The notes beneath the pieces are model-generated. The model was not told the DNA's origin, ran no database searches, and saw nothing but the letters and a program-made list of their open reading frames with translations. From contig OX597817.1 in NCBI GenBank assembly GCA_951406725.2, forward strand, positions 22,692,001 to 22,756,000: a DNA stretch of 64,000 nt, read 5' to 3'. Every line of letters starts with the position of its first letter. Positions within the stretch are counted from its first letter, which is position 1. The DNA is from Octopus vulgaris. Taxonomy: Eukaryota. Positions 51,541 to 64,000 of the stretch are shown in pieces. A program made the translations under genes and the position numbers.

Positions 51541-51591
<51 letters not shown>

Positions 51592-52121
51592 AAAAGGTAT
51601 CTGAATTTACACGAATACTAAATGGAATACAGACATGCTGATTATTAGGTGGAAAAAGAATGTTATAAGATTAACGAGAATACCTAAAGCTGAGAAATAT
51701 GTTTAAGGTTAACAAAACTATTCAAGGTTAACAATTGCGGTGTGAAAATACTCCAGACACATTTTCTACAGTGTGTTTCTGTCTTTTCTCACAACTAATT
51801 TGTCAACGTCTTTATATAAATGGTTGTGTATAGCAGCAGTTGTCTTAATTACGAATAGAATGATGGACATATTACTTAAATGGCATAAAATCATTTTAGT
51901 TCAACAGCTAGGTCAGTGGAAGTTATTGGTTATTTTTACAGCTCACTGGTGCACAGTATTATAGTCATTTAGAATTCTAAGTCGTTAATTATAATGCTGT
52001 TGTCATTTTTGTCACGGATCATCATCATCATCATCATCATCATCATCGTCGTCGTCTTCATCAAACTCACTATTATAAAAAAAACAAGAACAGCAACAAC
52101 AATGATAATAATCAATGATAA

Positions 52122-52511
52122 TACTCTAGGCACAATGTCTCAAATTTTGTAGGAGGGGACAAGTCGACTATATCGATACCAGTGAATAACTGGTACTTAA
52201 TTTATCGACCCCGAAACGATGAAACGCAAAGTCGACCTTCAGTGCAGTTGAACTCAGAACGTAGTGACAGGCGAAATACCTATTTCTTTACTACCCACAA
52301 GGGGTTAAACACAGAGAGGACAAACAAGGACAGACAAACGGATTAAGTCGATTATATCTACCCCTGTGCGTAACTGGTACTTATTTAATCGACCCCGAAA
52401 GGTTGAAAGGCAAAGTCGACCTCGGCGGAATTTGAACTCAGAACGTAACGGTAGACGAAATACGGCTACGAATTTCGCCCGGCGTGCTAACGCTTCTGCT
52501 AGCTCGCCGCC
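52122..52511 (-). mobile_element. SINE family B dimer
   Basis: Junction CGAAATACC|TATTTCTTTAC at 52280. Confidence 0.9.
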
Positions 52512-52547
52512 TTCATAATAGTAATAATAATAATGATAACAGCAACG

Positions 52548-53591
52548 ACAAGAGCATTCAGACGTCGCAAACCTCCGCTAATGCACTATCAGCATCCTCT
52601 CAATTAACCGGAGACGATTTTTAACATGAGAATATCTGAAATAAACTCGACCGCTCTCACAAACAAGAATGCTAAAAATGAACCCAACCGCTCTCAAAAC
52701 TTAAGTAAAAAATGCCGGAAAAATAATCCCGAATCCTTGTCCGGTATCTGATCGATCCCAAAGGTAATCATAAAATGTGAAGGTGGATGTGCGGGACGTA
52801 TTTGTAATGCTGCATGTGTGTCGTCTGTAGTGGGAACAAGGACAGTTTTCTCTATGAAGGCCTTTTTTAGTTTATACACGACCATTAAGGTGTATAATGA
52901 AAAATTTATCCATGCGGGAAAGAAAACAGAAAGGACCTGCATACAGTGCTGTTAAAGAAGGTTTAACAACATTGTTGCGCACAAAAACATGAGTCCAAAA
53001 AGTAAAGCTTCCTTCAAGGCAGAGGTAGAAATGCAATCTGAGAGTAGGTAAAAGGTTTTATAGAGGAGCGATATATTCAAAATTGGTAAAACTAAAAATT
53101 GTCGAGCATAAATAAAATCTATTATTGTTACTGAATATGTTAGTGTTATTTAATTTCTGAACGGTTTTGCTGCCGTTTGTTTAGTATAGTTTGATTTCTT
53201 TATCCATCAGTTTATACTAAGATGGAGGCGCGAGTAAAATTAATAATAGAGAAACGAAAATAAAACTTTGAAAACAGCAAAGCCGCCAAAACTTACGAGG
53301 AAACCACAAGCGTGCTTTCAAGGGAGACAATCAGAGAATGACTTGAAAGTAAACGTAAGACCGTAATACTTCATGTAATGTAAAGTAAATATAACAAATA
53401 ATCCTGAATCCTTATCCGGTACTGAATCGATCCCCAAATTCTAATCAGTTCGTGCTAATCATGAGGCCAAACATCTCTGAAAGTTTTATTGATAATCCAT
53501 CCAGCGGTATTTGTGATGTCTTGTACACGGTCAAACAAACAAACAAACAAACACGACTGAAAAACAATACCTCCACATTAGCGAAAGCGGA

Positions 53592-53596
<5 letters not shown>
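52548..53596. mobile_element. Helentron-associated non-autonomous element (HINE/DINE-1-like)
   Basis: One end reads ACAAGAGCATTCAG...ACCTCCGCTAA. The other has (CAAA)n then ACCTCCACATTAGCGAAAGCGGAGGTAA (subterminal inverted repeat plus hairpin). The internal block AAATAATCC.GAATCCTT.TCCGGTA occurs twice (52720 and 53396). Confidence 0.55.
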
Positions 53597-53641
<45 letters not shown>

Positions 53642-53713
53642 TAATAATGATAATGATAATAATAATAATAATATAATAATAATAATAATGATGATGATGA
53701 AGATGATGATGAA

Positions 53714-53745
<32 letters not shown>

Positions 53746-53848
53746 CGATGATGATGATGATGATGATGATAATAGTAGTAGTAATAATAACAACAAAACA
53801 ACAACAACAACAACAATAATAATAATAATAATAATGATAATAATAATA

Positions 53849-53879
<31 letters not shown>

Positions 53880-53921
53880 TATAATAATAATAATAATGAT
53901 GATGATGAAGATGATGATGAA

Positions 53922-53956
<35 letters not shown>

Positions 53957-54064
53957 CGATGATGATGATGATGATGATGATAATAGTAGTAGTAATAATA
54001 ACAACAAAACAACAACAACAACAACAACAATAATAATAATAATAATAATGATAATAATAATAAT
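53594..54064. repeat. compound AAT/GAT/AGT/AAC microsatellite duplicated in tandem (~211-bp period)
   Basis: The same interruption pattern AATAGTAGTAGTAATAATAACAACAAAAC occurs at 53771 and 53982. Confidence 0.9.
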
Positions 54065-54069
54065 TTTGA

Positions 54070-54760
54070 GACGGGCTAAAAAAATCATTTGCGATATTTC
54101 TTCCTGCTCTCTACATTCAGAGTTCAAAACCCTCAGAATTCAACTTTACCTTCATAATTTCAGATTCGATAAAATAAATTACCAGTAAAGTGCTGGAGTC
54201 AATGTAATCGTTTTACTTTTCCCCCCACTAACAATCCTGATCTTGTGCCGAAATGCGAAACCACTGTATTTAAAGAGGCGTGCTGGCAGAATCCTTTTGA
54301 ACGGAAGTTAAAATGATTTGCAGCATTTTTTAAGCTCTTTACTTTCTGAGTTCAGATCCCACCGAAACCAACGTTGCTTGTCTTCTGGGCTCGGTAAAAT
54401 AAAGTACCAGTCAAGAAGAGAATTGATGATCAGCCAATTCCTTACGCTCATAATTGCTGGTTTTGTGGCTAAATCAGAATTCATTGATTTAATATTTGGT
54501 AGCTGGTAGAATATCTAACGTTTGGAAGACATGTTTTGCGGCATCTCTTCCGGCATTGTACATTATGAGTTCGAATACCGTCGAGGGTAACTTTGCATTT
54601 CATTATTTCGTTATCGATAATATAAAGTACCAGCGAAATTTTGGGGGTCGAAGATATTGATTATATATTTCTTTACTGCCCACAAGGGGCTAGTCAAGGA
54701 TATTGATTAATCATTTCCCTCAAAATATCTGGCGTTAAGTCTGCATTAGAAACCATTATT
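54070..54760 (+). mobile_element. cluster of three old SINE family B copies
   Basis: Repeated GAGTTC(A/G)AAT..C...TTT.CCTT....GATAAAATAAAGTACCAG-like blocks. A similar cluster lies at 49970-50360. Confidence 0.65.
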
Positions 54761-57246
54761 AAATTGAACAGTGAATGAACAGATATGACGTATGTAAGTT
54801 CTCGTACGCGGTGGTGTAATTTATTTGCAAATGTTTTCAGTTTATGAATTACATTACATCGATTTTACTTTTCCCCCTATACCACATTCGTAAAATAAGT
54901 GCCATTATTGAACGCCGGTTTATATAAAATCGAAATTATCTCTTCCACACATATATTATAAGTTAAATCAATGTCAGGAATTATCCTGATCGTTGTAGTC
55001 GTCGTCGCCGTCGTCATCATCATCATCATTATTACCATCAACATTATTGCCATTGTCCTCGTTGTCGTCCCTCTCATTATCAAGATCCTGGCATCATCAT
55101 GTTGTTATTGAAATCGGGTCGTAAATCATCTACCTTTGCTCTTACAGAATCTAATTTTATACTTTTCCCCAATAATAATGACGGCTTGAGGTATCTGAAA
55201 AGTTCTTATGCTGGTATCATTCCATATGGCATAGAAACATGTTATAGACCGATTCTCTAGTGCCTCTCGAAACTATGTTCGTTTGATTCGTATTGAAGTA
55301 GAAGTAAATTAGTTCTCTTACTATCGCCGGAGCTTATCAATAATAATTGGGAAAAAAAAAGAAAAGAAAAAATCAAAAGCAAAAAGAGAATACTTCTGTA
55401 ATGTTATCTCTTTAACTAGGGAAATAAATTGTTATATGGACATTAAAAATAGAAAAATATGTTGTTTGTTTTTGATTTTCTGAACTCGAATCTTCCATAC
55501 CAGTTCTGCAGTGGAGCTCTAGAAACACTTTTGTTCTTCCCTAATCTGCAACTTTTATTTTCACTTTGTCTTTGTGACTTATTGTGTGCCTGTCTGTCTG
55601 TATGTATGTCTACCTCTAATATACCTCTGTATATTAGACTATCTGAGGTTTTCAGAGAATGTTTGCTTGTCTATTTGTATAACTTAATAAGCATTTGCCT
55701 ACCTTCCTCGAAGTCTGACATGCATGCCAGATATCTAATAGATGTAATAATCAAATGATTTTTAATATTCTAAGCAATTATTTATCTCCTTCTTAAAGTT
55801 TTACAGCGATAATATGTAAGATCCAGCTACTATGATTTAAAAGAATTACGTAAATATCGCACTAACAATGAGGATCTATACATGCAACACATTTCCATAA
55901 TATACTTAGTTTCTATTGCTTTTCTGAAGGACCACAAATAAATCCTCACTTATGGTCAAATGAGTTCTAATAATGAGTTTGGACACTTGACTGTGAGATC
56001 GGTTTCACTTGAAATTAATTGAAAGAGAAACCAAGTGAAAAATCAGGTATGGTCATACATACATTCAAACAAAGAGTAGACTATCATCACAGAATCTTCA
56101 GTTACATCAACAAGACTAATTTTACGGAACTACCTGATCCCATGTGAAACTAAAGAAAAAACCGACGACCACAATCTTTGATGGATGTTCTTTGAAAGAT
56201 CAAAGACGACGGTCTGAGTATAAGGCAAAATACAAGTATCGACAAGGATTTACTTTTTGTGGAGGCTTAGCAGTTGTGCATGCATACAAATTTCCTCTCG
56301 GTATCGTTCGAAAGACAAAATCAGGCCTATAGCGTTTCATACCAGTTTCATCGCAGGCACTGTCGTCATAGAGCACAGACAATATTTCGTGGTATCTCTT
56401 GTGGAATACGATAGAAGCTTACGTATTATTAGGGAGACTGGTCTCTCCTATCTCTGTATTTTTGAAAGATCTGAATCACAGAGCGAAATTCATTGACTCA
56501 GAGGGGATCTGGTATAATCGGTGTATCGTAGCTTGAAAGTATTTTGGTATATATGGACACGAATGCAGATTTAATGATATATTATTGAAACATATTTAAC
56601 ATCTCAGAATCTGTATGCTACATTTCAACATCGTTATATAAAGAAATGGATAGTGATTAAAATTTTGTGCATTTGCTTTTCTTTTTCACAAAGTTAAAAC
56701 GTTGACATACTTCTGAAATATTATTTTAATGTAAGTATTACTTCTCAATAACTTAAATATAGTAGAAAAGATTGATGCAACAGTTTCATTTGTACTGAGT
56801 CATGCTGTGCTCATTACGAAGACTAACATCTCTCTTAAGTGTTACGAAATAATTTCCTCGAGTTGCTACCAAATACAAGCACACCGTATTAGAAGGTATA
56901 TTTCAGAAGTCTGGGTTAGTGCAGATACATCACACAAAGCATCATACATCTCATTGTCTTAACAAAGAGATCATCTAAACGGTAACCAACTGAGTACTCG
57001 TGAACACACACAATGGTTAAATCTCAGAAATACTATGTCTGCGATCCATCTCTTCCTTCGTAATCAAAAGAGCACAGCAATGGTAAAAGAAATGATCTTG
57101 GGCACTACTATAACTATGTTATAAAATGTGGTCGAGTTATAATTTCTTTTATGAGGGGCAAGAGAGTAACGCTACTCGTTTTCAGAACTTACCAGAGTGG
57201 TGAGGAAAAGCGATAATGTTATCACACACACACATACATATGTGTT

Positions 57247-57310
<64 letters not shown>

Positions 57311-57396
57311 CAGATAAATATCTGAAAGTATGTATGCATGTATGCATGTGGGTTTGTATATGCGTGTGTGTGCGTGTTTGTGCGTGCGTATGTGTC

Positions 57397-57445
<49 letters not shown>

Positions 57446-58738
57446 TATATATATATATGTGTGTGTGTGCGTGTGTACGTATATATATGCATATGCATGC
57501 ACGAAGAATAAAGGTTAGAAACGGATCCGTAGAGAATGCCGTTTAAACATTCATCATTTGTATATATGATTTTATAGCCACTTGTTTCTATGTTTCTATC
57601 TGTGTTAAAAAAGAATCACGTAGAAGTTATATAATTATATTTTTAGCTAAAAGCTTTGAAGAACAGAATTTTCGTTTGTGGAAAATTTAACAGCTGAAGT
57701 TATATATTGTGTTTTCATTGCAAAGAAGTGCTTTCTAATGTGAAACTGGAAGATATTATATTATACAGGATTTCATTGCCAAAATATTATCGTAATGGTC
57801 ATTCTCAACGAAAAGAAATCTATTGAGTATGACACCTATAGCTCTAAGCATGTGCTAGAATAGACCTACATCACATCACATGATGGTTGCCAGGTTGAAA
57901 TGGAGAAAATACCATTACCATGAAGTGGAATGGTTCTGCATGGGATGAAATTTCAACTCCATAATATATATTTAGATCTTGGAAGACGTAACATTTCACA
58001 TTGTAAGCAATGATTTATGCTACTTTAGTTACCAAGAAAAAAACACATTAGCAGATTTTCGTGTTAACTTTGTGAGATGGTAATTTACTCAAATCTTTCA
58101 TATATCATTGGTTTGTTCACTGTATTTCTACATTTTAATATGCTTTGCATATTGTTACACGGGAATATCAGCATCACAGGCATACTGCGATTTCAGCGGT
58201 GCAGACATTTCATTACATATTAGATCTATTCTTCAAAAATAACTACAGAAGAGGGGCTACGCCTGTTTGGTTTTCTCGTGATTTTCCACGACACACATAC
58301 ATACATATAAACATACATACGTACGTACATACGTACAGTCATTCACGCACAATAATACATATATATACGTACATATGTAGGTATGACTGGATGCTCTCAG
58401 ACTCGGCAATTAGACCGTTCAGGTTTCGAGTCTCGTGTTAATCGCCCTTAGCGCTCAAATATAGTCCGTATCAGAGAACAGGAAATGATGTAACAGAAGG
58501 AGCAGAGCAATAATAAGAAAAAAGAACTTCGGCGTAACTAAGTGCACTTTAATTCCAACTGTTATATATGTTTCAATATCCAGCAATACAATACGTACCA
58601 TTATAGATGCAACATATCGAGTACATGTAGTGGTTATAACTAAAGTTTACCATAATGTATTGCCGAATACTGAAACATAGGTAATAATTACAATAAAGGA
58701 GTACCAAGTTATACAGGCGTCCTTTACTCTCATGTACG

Positions 58739-58877
<139 letters not shown>

Positions 58878-59284
58878 ATATACATATATATTCTTTTCTA
58901 CTCTAGGAACAAGGCCCGAAATTTTGGGGGAGTGCCAGTCGATTAGATCGACTATGAATTAATGGGTTAATAACAGCAGCTACAATGATGTTCAATTTGC
59001 TGAAAACAGTTTCCAAATCTCCCTTAAATTCAATCAACTCTGATTGATAAAAGGAAGGATACATTAAGATAAATAATCATATTCTATCTGAAAGAAAGAA
59101 TTAATTGTTATACCTGAAAAACCTTTGATCCTCTATCTCATCAATAAATGTTGAGGTGTTTACGCAATAACTAGCATTATGAACGAAAAAACCCAGTAAA
59201 GTCAGGCTAGAAAACGTTGTGCTCCATGAATTCTGATGGCATTCTAGAAGGCTCAAGTTAGTACAAAATGGAGCGATGCCCACA

Positions 59285-59607
59285 CATTTAAATTGTTGCT
59301 GCTACAATAGATACGAACATCCTAGAATGCATCCAACGAAGGCCACTCGACTGAATGGCAATCTATCACTAACAGACACTATATCTCTTAGCAGAAGGTC
59401 GGCTCTCTGTGCAGCTAAATCTGTAAGTATTGAGATACAGATGTTGAAGAACATTATAACACAAAGGATATAAAATGGTACATGCCAGATATTTTCTCTG
59501 CTAAAAGATATTATGCCCGTTAGTGATACATTGCCAGTCAGTCGAGTGGCCCTCGTTGGATGCATTCTAGGTTGTCTGTATCTGTTGCAGCTGCAACGAC
59601 TCAAATG
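59285..59607. repeat. inverted repeat, ~110-bp diverged arms around a ~100-bp spacer
   Basis: CCTAGAATGCATCCAACGAAGGCCACTCGACTGA (59321-59354) is mirrored at 59538-59571. The similarity extends over 59285-59395 and 59496-59607. Confidence 0.88.
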
Positions 59608-59688
59608 CTACAATGTAGTGGTTATTTTTAGAGTATATCCACGTTAAATAGTATACGCGGACGGCTGTTCTGAAGTCTGCTTCAATAC

Positions 59689-59876
59689 GTTATTTGTTTA
59701 TGTGTCTGACTTTTGGATGAATAATAACTTTCTGATAAAGAAGAAAGTATTATCGCAAGAAAATATCAGCTTCTTAAAATTGAGGAAATTGTGATTCAAA
59801 ATAAAATACATAATTCTAATATCAGACCACTCATACGAGCAGAGATTCAACATAATGTATACGTACATACACGCAT

Positions 59877-59961
<85 letters not shown>

Positions 59962-60130
59962 GAGGTAACTTAGATAACATAGACGTTTCTATCAAAGATT
60001 GGTTGAGGCCATTCTAACTTAATATAAGTTAGACAAGGCCTGGACTAATCTGTAAGTAAAACATATCTAACTTATCTCGATTTCTCTCCCTCTTTCTGTT
60101 TGTTTGCCTGCTTGTCTGTCTTTCTGTCTG

Positions 60131-60209
<79 letters not shown>

Positions 60210-60272
60210 CTATCTATCTCTCTATCTATCTATCTATCTATCTATCTATCAATCAATCTCTCTATCTATCTA

Positions 60273-60323
<51 letters not shown>

Positions 60324-60972
60324 ATGTATGTATGTATGTATGTATGTATATATACATTCATATATGAGTACAATACGCAAACAACGAGAGAAACAAATGG
60401 AAAACAAAACAAGTAACATAAAGAACGACCATTCGTCAGTTGTCGGCTGTCTATCTACGCCTCATTTCGAGCATAGAACGGCAATATGCATCTTCGAAGA
60501 AAGTTGCTCCCATACGTGCCAAAATAAAATTTGGTACCTATAGCGGGTCAAAGCTGGGAACAAAAACAGGACAGTAGTGACAAACAAAAAAACCGAACGA
60601 AAGCAAAGTGGGTCGTTAGACCAGAACGAGGGTAGAAATAGCGAACGCTGGAGAAATATTTTCTTTGAAGCGAGAAAAGATATGATAGAGACAGGATACG
60701 TGTTGTCCTGACGACAGTCGTGAGAGAAAAGAAGATGATCACGTGAGGAAGAGAAAGATGGACGATGATCACGTGTGAGCAATAAGAGAAACAGAAACGG
60801 AGAAAGAGGGAGAGAGAGACAGATAGGAAACGGGGAAATGTAGGAAACAAGGGAATTAGAGAAAGGATGTGAGAGCAAACAGTACAGATTAGAGTCGCAT
60901 CAAAACGATAGAGAAGAACTTACTTGGAAATGCATGCGTGGCGTTCAATAAAGTAATAATATAAATAATACA

Positions 60973-61020
<48 letters not shown>

Positions 61021-61043
61021 CTATCTATCTATTTATCTCTCTA

Positions 61044-61104
<61 letters not shown>

Positions 61105-61432
61105 ACATGCATACATGCACACACACACACACACAAACACACTCGCGCAAGTGTACACACATATATAAACATATATATAAACTATGCAATATATCATCGA
61201 AATTTGCTTTGTTTTTGGCAACGAAATCTTGATGAACAGTTACGCTAACTTCTCTTCTGATACGGAAAATAGTATCCCATCATACAATTTTTCAGATGGC
61301 AACAATGAGGGCTGAAATCATAGCTGTCGTACATAAACAGATAATTAACAATTATGGATATGATATACGCATCATAAAAACATAGCACATGCATGCGTAC
61401 AGTTGTATGTGTATGCAAGTGAATAAACGCAC

Positions 61433-61470
<38 letters not shown>

Positions 61471-61476
61471 TGGTAT

Positions 61477-61565
<89 letters not shown>

Positions 61566-61929
61566 CTATATTCGTAAATGTGTATATACATATATGTAAG
61601 TATATGTATATATATATATGCACACATAGATATACAAATATAAAATATGCCTCTGTGTTTGTATGTGAGCGTGTGCTTGTGTGCGTGTGTGTGTGTGTGT
61701 ACGTGTGTGTGCGTGTGAGTGTGCGTGTGCGTGTGAGTGTGCGTGTATGTACATATACATGATGCTGAATTCCGCACGCATGAGTGAGTCGATGTTAGAA
61801 TTATGTATTTCGTTTTAAATCACAATTTCCTCAATTCTAAAAAGTTGATATTTTCTTGTGATAATACCTTCTTCTTTCTTCATCAGAAAGTTATTTTTCA
61901 TCCAAAAGTCAGACACACAGACAAATAAC
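59689..61929. repeat. distant inverted repeat pair (59689-59910 and 61690-61929)
   Basis: TGTGTCTGACTTTTGGATGAA.AATAACTTTCTGAT...AATTGAGGAAATTGTGATT is the reverse complement of 61815-61918. Confidence 0.85.
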
Positions 61930-62679
61930 AATAACAAGAAAAGAAAAGAAAAGGAAAAAAAGAAAACAATGCTAAAAAAAAATAAAACTCCCCAAATATC
62001 CAAAGAAAAAAAAACCACATTATGTTTTCAACGGGAAAAAGTCATTTTTAGCGATCAGTTTGTAGCCAAACTGACAATAATAAAGACCATTACGATGCCC
62101 AGTAGATCGTGAAATGATGTCAAAATCAAAACAACTAAAAATACAGAATTGAAGAAAGGTGAAATAAAAGGACGATATAGAAATAGTAGTAAGAAAACGA
62201 TTAGACAAATAAAAGAAGAGAAACAGTATAATAAAGCTATAGAAATATAAAGGAGCAAATTCCTATATCATAAAAAAAATTGTTAGATTCGTCATTTCTT
62301 TATACTGTTTTATGCTTCAGTAAGTACTGTAGAATGTTTCTTCCGTTGGCTCTATGAAATCGTGACCAGGGTATAACAGGAACGAGTTTTATTTTATTGC
62401 TAATGATTTGCTGACCATTATCATTGTTAATGATATGTATGCATTGAAAAGATGTAGCTTTCTTTTCTATTTTTTTTTTTAGGAGAAAGCCAAGATGTCT
62501 GCTGTAAAAATGGAATTAGTACACAAAAGAATTATATGGTTAGGGCTTTCGATCTTTTTTTATTAATATTTGTAATAATGTTCAGTATATACTCTCATAT
62601 TTACATATAAGCACAATTAATGCGGATACTGAGTTATTACACCTCCTATGCACAGCTATGTATAAAGACACACATACAT

Positions 62680-62758
<79 letters not shown>

Positions 62759-62806
62759 ATATTATATTATATATTATACATACACCATATATATTGTATG
62801 TAGATA

Positions 62807-63790
62807 TTGGGTAATACCATAAATTACGTGGATTTATTAATACTTCTTTTATTTTTCAAAATTATGCTTAAGATCTTTCATTTAATCAAAAATATACTCT
62901 CATTCAGTTTCTACAATGCTCTTCCATCTTCCAAAATTCCCTTGTCCGTGACGATAAATACTCCGCCAGTACTGTTCTGGCCTCTTCTACAAAATTCATA
63001 TTTTTTTCCAGCCAAAAGATTTTGAAGACAGTGAAAAAAATGATAATCAGATGGGACAACGTCAGGCGAATACGATGGGTTTGGCATCGTTTCCCTCAAC
63101 CTGTTCAAGCCTTTGGAATGTCATCCAAGCTGTATGTGGCCGAGCATTATCCTGATGGAAGAGCACCTTCGTCTTGGAACCAAACATGGTCGTTTTCCTT
63201 CTAGCGCTCAAGCAGCTCGCAGTAAATCCCCCGTGCTTTCGCTTGGACTTAAAAGTTGAAAGTGGACTAAACATTTCATATCCCACCAAACCGATAACAC
63301 CTTACCTGTGTGAAGACTTTCTTTTAGCCTGGAGTATCGGCTTTTCTCCTTTCCTTCCCCACTGTCTTCAGCAATTGACATTTTTTATAGAGGACACATT
63401 TCTCGTACCCAGTAACTGTTCGGCCCAAAATATGTTCAATTGTGAGACGTGACAGGAAAGAGGAGCACACTCACTGACTGCGCGCGATTAGACTCAGAAT
63501 GTTTGTGAGGAACCCTTTAACGCAATTTTCTGACTTTTCCGATAGCACGCAGGTGTCCATGAATAGTTGAATGACCAAATCGAAGCTTCTCTGCTGGTTC
63601 CTCAACAGTTACAATGGGATTTTGTTCCACTAAGGTTTGCTGGACGTCTTCGTCGCCCTCTACTGATCTTCTAGGACGAGGCCCGTCTTCTAGGTTGTAG
63701 TTTCCGGTTCGGAATTTCTGGAACCACCGTTGACACTGGCTTGCAATTATTATCCGATCCCCACATACTGCATTAATATTTCCCTGCATT
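62807..63790 (-). mobile_element. decayed mariner transposase with one TIR
   Basis: CQRWFQKFRTGNYNLEDGPRPRRS, VTGYEKCVLY, VLFHQDNARPHTA and PSYSPDVVPSDYHFFHCLQN lie in separate frames. A TA-TTGGG terminus is at 62805-62811. Confidence 0.9.
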
Positions 63791-64000
63791 CCTGTTTAAG
63801 AATGATAAATTTGCACATTTGTACTGTAGACATGTATTGAGTAACCCGTCAGATTAATGCAAATTTATTTTTTACTACTATTGAACATAAAAAAAACGTT
63901 AACAAATATATATACATATATATATATGCTTTCAGTGCGAATATATATCTATATATATACATATGGAACAAAAACGCAATAGAGGATAATATAACATTCG

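Noticed and set aside
56040-56540. Overlapping short ORFs as a host exon
   Set aside because: No recognisable domain, no clear splice signals and no open frame beyond chance length. Small host exons elsewhere in the window cannot be excluded without transcript data.

Overview
This is AT-rich, microsatellite-dense eukaryotic non-coding DNA. The SINE families and repeat landscape look like an octopus (coleoid cephalopod) genome; this is an inference from recalled family sequences. I find no credible host protein-coding exon: the ORF track consists of microsatellite read-throughs and decayed transposon frames. The window is a nested transposon graveyard. It holds three tRNA-headed SINE families, several Tx1-clade LINE relics, RTE, CR1 and R4-like LINE fragments, mariner and maT relics, MITEs (one Merlin-like), a Helentron-type HINE and several long inverted repeats. 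The top candidate system is a short non-autonomous retroelement. It joins a tRNA-derived Pol III head, a (TAA)n spacer and a minimal type I hammerhead ribozyme with a Penelope-type tail, and occurs as head-to-head inverted duplications (36190-36640; 20419-20706 with a 13-bp TSD). A second hammerhead-like family with a non-canonical core lies at 3990-4200 and 24458-24650. Also notable are a SINE sharing its 3' tail with Tx1 LINEs, a (GATA)n-associated Tx1 family with a twin-priming inversion, and a Tx1 element inserted in a SINE tRNA head.
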